NCBI GenBank assembly: GCA_022705045.1
Contig: JAKJFE010000001.1
Location: forward strand, 7,909 to 71,908
Length of the DNA: 64,000 nt
Reading direction: 5' to 3'
Origin: Pseudomonadota bacterium
GTDB taxonomy: Bacteria; Pseudomonadota; Gammaproteobacteria; Xanthomonadales; Ahniellaceae
Part shown: positions 60,673 through 64,000 of the stretch, piece by piece
How positions within the stretch are numbered: the first letter of the stretch is position 1
Layout of the letters: every line of letters starts with the position of its first letter
Position numbers and translations under genes: made by a program
The notes under the pieces: model-generated
Databases searched by the model: none
What the model saw: only the letters and a program-made list of their open reading frames with translations
What the model was told of the DNA's origin: nothing

Positions 60673-61272
60673 ATGCGCTTTCTGATCGCGCGCCAAATCG
60701 GCGCCTTGTTCGCGGCGTGCCTGCTTGCCATGGATGCAGGCGCCACCGCCACCGTCAGCCCATACCTGTCGCTTGACGCCGGCCATAGCAGCGGCGGGCA
60801 GCGGCTGTCGCTCGCTGCAAGCGCCGGATTGCGCTGGCCGAACGGCTTCGGTGTCGCACTCGACTTCACGCCATTGGACGAACACCGCATCTCCCATTGG
60901 CGTGTCGACTTTGGAAATCCGTCGCAGATGATCGACTACGGAGAAACCTCGAGCACGTACTTCGCGGCAGCGGCTCGGCTTGACTGGCGATTCGCTGTCG
61001 CCGAGCGATGGTCGCTGTTGCCGACCTTGGGATGGCACAACGGGCGTGCCCGCGGCTATCTCCCGGAAGATGGACCCGAGGGGAGCTACGAGCCGTACAT
61101 TCACCACGACGGCATCGTGCTTGGGCTCGGCATCGAACGTGCGCTATCGACCCATTGGAGCGCGCATGCGTCGGCGAAGCTGTACCCGTCAGCGACAGTG
61201 GACTCGATGTTCTTCGTGCGTACGGAGAAGGACCTGAGTCGCCTCGCGCTGGGGATCACCTATTCGTTCTGA
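60673..61272 (+). CDS. small outer-membrane beta-barrel protein (OmpW/OmpA-barrel-like)
   Basis: AAGGA Shine-Dalgarno, signal peptide MRFLIARQIGALFAACLLAMDAGA, alternating beta pattern, C-terminal LALGITYSF. Confidence 0.65.
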   Translation: MRFLIARQIGALFAACLLAMDAGATATVSPYLSLDAGHSSGGQRLSLAASAGLRWPNGFGVALDFTPLDEHRISHWRVDFGNPSQMIDYGETSSTYFAAAARLDWRFAVAERWSLLPTLGWHNGRARGYLPEDGPEGSYEPYIHHDGIVLGLGIERALSTHWSAHASAKLYPSATVDSMFFVRTEKDLSRLALGITYSF

Positions 61273-61283
61273 TGCACGAACGA

Positions 61284-61311
61284 CAGCCGTCGCGACCTCT
61301 CGCGACGGCTG
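61284..61311. terminator. bidirectional hairpin terminator between convergent genes
   Basis: CAGCCGTCGCGA-CCTC-TCGCGACGGCTG, a perfect 12-bp stem. No strong U-tract. Confidence 0.55.
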
Positions 61312-61318
61312 CATTCGG

Positions 61319-62512
61319 TCAGGCCGACACCGCCAAGCTTTCGCGGTGGTAGATGCGTGCAGTGATGGCGGCGGCAATGCCCGCGATGGCCAGGCCACTG
61401 CCGATCAGCATCGCCCATTCGGTGCCGTTGATGCCTTCGGCGCGGACCAGGCGCATGATGGCGTGATGCTGCGCGAGCAGCGGCACCGCGAACATCCACA
61501 GCTGGGTCTTCACCGGCACCACCATCATGATCATGGTCGGGATCAGCGGCACCATCGTGAACAGACCGAGCCAGCTTTGTGCCTCGCGATAACTCTTGGC
61601 GTTCGCCGCGATCAGGGTCTGCAGCGACGACGCCAGCAGGATCACCGGCGCCAGCGCCAGCAGCAGTTGCAGGAACACCGACGGACCCAGGTTGAACTTC
61701 AGGCCGAGCTTGGTCAGCGGCAATTGCGGCAGCAGCACCGCGAACGCGACCAGGGTCAGCAGCAGCGAGCCGATCGCGAAGGCCGACGTCGCCGACAGCT
61801 TGCCGAGCATGATCTGCCCGCGCGGCACCGGCGTCGCCAGCAAGGGCTCCAGCGACTGGCGTTCGCGTTCGCCAGCAGTGGTGTCGATGGCGAGATACAT
61901 GCCGCCCATGAACGCACCGAGGATCAGCATGTAGGGCAGGAAGGCGAGGAATTGCGCGCCGCGCGCCACATCCGACGCCTGGTCGCGATCGACGATGGAC
62001 AACGGGCGCACCACCAGCGGGCTGACGCCGCGTGAAATCAGGCGCAACGCACCGACCTGCTGTTCGTAGGCCTTCAACGCATCCTCGACACGACGCCGCG
62101 ACTGCTCGGTGTCCTGACGCGAGCCGTCGTAGATCAGTTCGACTTCGGCCGGTTCGCCTTCACCCCAGGATTTCGCGTAGTCCTTGCCGATACGCAGGAT
62201 GACTTCCTCGTCCTGCGACTTGATTGCGGCGACCGGGTCCTCCGGGCCGTCCTCGATCTTGATGTTGCGCGTGCCGATGAAGGCGACCAGGTTCGGGGCC
62301 TGTTCGGCGCCGATCACCGGCAGTTCCAGCGGCTTGTCGGCACGACCCATCTCGCGTGTCAGCACGGTCGAGATCATCACCGCGAACAGCACCGGGCCGA
62401 GCAGCGGACCGACGATCAGCGCGTTCATCACCGTCTTGCGGTCGCGCAGGTTTTCCAGCACTTCCTTGCGGAAGATGGTCCAGATTGGCGATTTCATGGC
62501 GGGCGATTTCAT
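61319..62512 (-). CDS. ABC-2 type transporter permease (NatB-like)
   Basis: IFRKEVLENLRDRKT N-terminus, large periplasmic loop, then 5 TMs. ATGA overlap with the ATPase gene. Alternative start at 62497. Confidence 0.8.
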   Translation of the reverse strand: MKSPAMKSPIWTIFRKEVLENLRDRKTVMNALIVGPLLGPVLFAVMISTVLTREMGRADKPLELPVIGAEQAPNLVAFIGTRNIKIEDGPEDPVAAIKSQDEEVILRIGKDYAKSWGEGEPAEVELIYDGSRQDTEQSRRRVEDALKAYEQQVGALRLISRGVSPLVVRPLSIVDRDQASDVARGAQFLAFLPYMLILGAFMGGMYLAIDTTAGERERQSLEPLLATPVPRGQIMLGKLSATSAFAIGSLLLTLVAFAVLLPQLPLTKLGLKFNLGPSVFLQLLLALAPVILLASSLQTLIAANAKSYREAQSWLGLFTMVPLIPTMIMMVVPVKTQLWMFAVPLLAQHHAIMRLVRAEGINGTEWAMLIGSGLAIAGIAAAITARIYHRESLAVSA

Positions 62513-63243
62513 CCGAACAGTCCTTCATCAGTACCGATCGCCTTCACGAAGGCGTCTTCGAGATTCGCTTCGCCGGTCTGCGCACGCAGCGCGTCCGGCG
62601 AGCCCTGTGCGACCACCTTGCCCTTCGCGATCACCACGATGTGGTCGCAGAGTGCACCGACCTCCTGCATGATGTGCGAGGAAAACAGCACGCAGCGGCC
62701 TTCGTCGCGCAACTTGTGCAGGAAGCCGCGCATCGCGCGCGTCGACATCACGTCGAGACCATTGGTCGGCTCGTCCAGGATCACGTTCTTCGGGTCATGG
62801 ATCAGCGCCCGCGCGATCGCCGTCTTGACGCGCTGGCCCTGCGAGAAGCCCTCGGTGCGGCGATCGGCGATGTCGTGCATGCCGAGTGCGGCAATCAGGG
62901 CATTGGCACGTTCGTCGGCGACCTGCGCATCGAGCCCGTGCAGGTCGGCGAAGTAGCGCACGTTCTCGCGGGCCGTCAGGCGCTTGTAGAGGCCGCGCGA
63001 ATCCGGCAGCACGCCGAGGCGGCGCCGCACCTCGACGGTCTCGGTCTGGGCGTCGAGCGCATCCACGAGCACGTGGCCGTGGTCGGGCTTCATCAGCGTG
63101 TAGAGCATGCGCAGCGTCGTGGTCTTGCCGGCGCCATTCGGGCCGAGCAGGCCGGTGATCTTGCCGTCCTCGGCGGTGAAGCTGACGCCGTCGACAGCCT
63201 TCACGGCGCCGAAGGCTTTGTGCAAATCGCGTACTTCGATCAT
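62509..63243 (-). CDS. ABC transporter ATP-binding protein (NatA-like)
   Basis: GPNGAGKTT, FSQGQRVK signature, ILDEPTNGLD Walker B. Confidence 0.9.
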   Translation of the reverse strand: MIEVRDLHKAFGAVKAVDGVSFTAEDGKITGLLGPNGAGKTTTLRMLYTLMKPDHGHVLVDALDAQTETVEVRRRLGVLPDSRGLYKRLTARENVRYFADLHGLDAQVADERANALIAALGMHDIADRRTEGFSQGQRVKTAIARALIHDPKNVILDEPTNGLDVMSTRAMRGFLHKLRDEGRCVLFSSHIMQEVGALCDHIVVIAKGKVVAQGSPDALRAQTGEANLEDAFVKAIGTDEGLFG

Positions 63244-63246
63244 GGC

Positions 63247-64000
63247 TTACGGTCCCCAGCCATTGGCGTTCTGGAAAGCCGGGATCACCGGCATCACGTC
63301 GAGGCAGCTCGCATCGAGCGCCTTGGCGTCGGTCTTGTCGATGAATTCGGCGGCGAGCTTGGGCATGCAACCGGCAGTCAACACGATGTGCCCGCGTCCA
63401 CGCACCACCAGATGACGACCGTTGGCATAACCCTTCGCGGTTTCGTCGCCATACCGCGGCGGCGTGACCGGATCGAATTCACCCGACATCAGCAGCACCG
63501 GCACGTCGCTGCGGATCGGATCATGGAAGTCTTTCGGGCGCTCGCCCTTCGGCCAGCCCGCGCATTGCGCCTGCATGCCGGTGACCATGTCGGTGCCGAG
63601 CAGGCTGTCGGCATCGGCCGGATCGACGACGAAACGCTCGGCGTCTTCGCTGCAGATCACGCTGAGCTGCATGCCATGCATGATCGACTCGCCGAGATCG
63701 CCGAGGATCATGTCCGACTGCGCCATCAGCGTCTCGAAGCGGCCTTCGGCGGCCTCGTTCAGGGCGTACGGCAACAGCGCGGCCGCCTCCGGCTGGTACG
63801 CGAACAGACGCACCGTCGAGGCGAGGTGACCAAAACCGAATTCCTCGTCGCGCGAGGCCCAGGTCTTGGTGTCGCGGTAGTGCACTGGCACCTTGGTTTC
63901 ACGCAATTGCAGCTTGAGCTTGGCGAGATCCTGGGCCGGATCGCCGAAAGCGTCGCGGCAGGCGTCGTCGTCGCGGCAGCGCTTGAAGATCGACGCCAAC
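63247..64000 (-). CDS. alpha/beta hydrolase, TAP-like C-terminal region; N-terminus beyond window
   Basis: ORF is open to the window end. VPVLLMSGEFDPVTPP and ...GRGHIVL motifs are typical of the tripeptidyl-aminopeptidase-like hydrolase C-terminus. Confidence 0.7.
   Translation of the reverse strand, partial: LASIFKRCRDDDACRDAFGDPAQDLAKLKLQLRETKVPVHYRDTKTWASRDEEFGFGHLASTVRLFAYQPEAAALLPYALNEAAEGRFETLMAQSDMILGDLGESIMHGMQLSVICSEDAERFVVDPADADSLLGTDMVTGMQAQCAGWPKGERPKDFHDPIRSDVPVLLMSGEFDPVTPPRYGDETAKGYANGRHLVVRGRGHIVLTAGCMPKLAAEFIDKTDAKALDASCLDVMPVIPAFQNANGWGP

Overview
High-GC (roughly two-thirds G+C by eye) chromosomal core segment. Gene order suggests a Xanthomonadales/Lysobacterales-type gammaproteobacterium: def-fmt-rsmB-DUF4390-ntrY-like, dprA-smg-topA, hemD-hemX-hemY, glnA...ntrBC, plus GTAGGAGCGGCTTCC-type REP palindromes. 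I can support about 58 CDS. They are mostly housekeeping (priA, hrpB, topA, glnA, def/fmt/rsmB, heme genes) or envelope and signalling genes: two ECF sigma modules, four histidine kinases, a TonB/FecIR/TonB-dependent receptor set and soxR-MFS. I saw no rRNA, tRNA, CRISPR array, transposase or integrase. Many long ORFs in the track are antisense shadows of real genes, as expected at this GC content, and were discarded. The observations most worth a second look are listed here. (1) A head-to-head-plus-one trio of DnaA boxes with an IHF-like site lies in an AT-rich pocket upstream of priA, which is DARS-like topology. (2) An 84-bp REP-type palindrome is inserted in frame inside a GT39 glycosyltransferase gene. 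(3) A lower-GC cassette between topA and glnA encodes an ORC/Cdc6-like AAA+ ATPase preceded by four 10-bp-phased TTATNGT repeats and a small TerB-like ORF. This is my best candidate for an uncharacterised, possibly acquired system. (4) An NtrY-like kinase lacks its usual NtrX partner and is instead translationally coupled to the GT39 gene and a PA0069-type radical SAM gene. (5) A four-gene, stop/start-overlapping ECF sigma-DUF3619-small ORF-DUF3106 module is present. All functional calls come from motif recognition and synteny by eye. No database search was run, and start codons are often uncertain.
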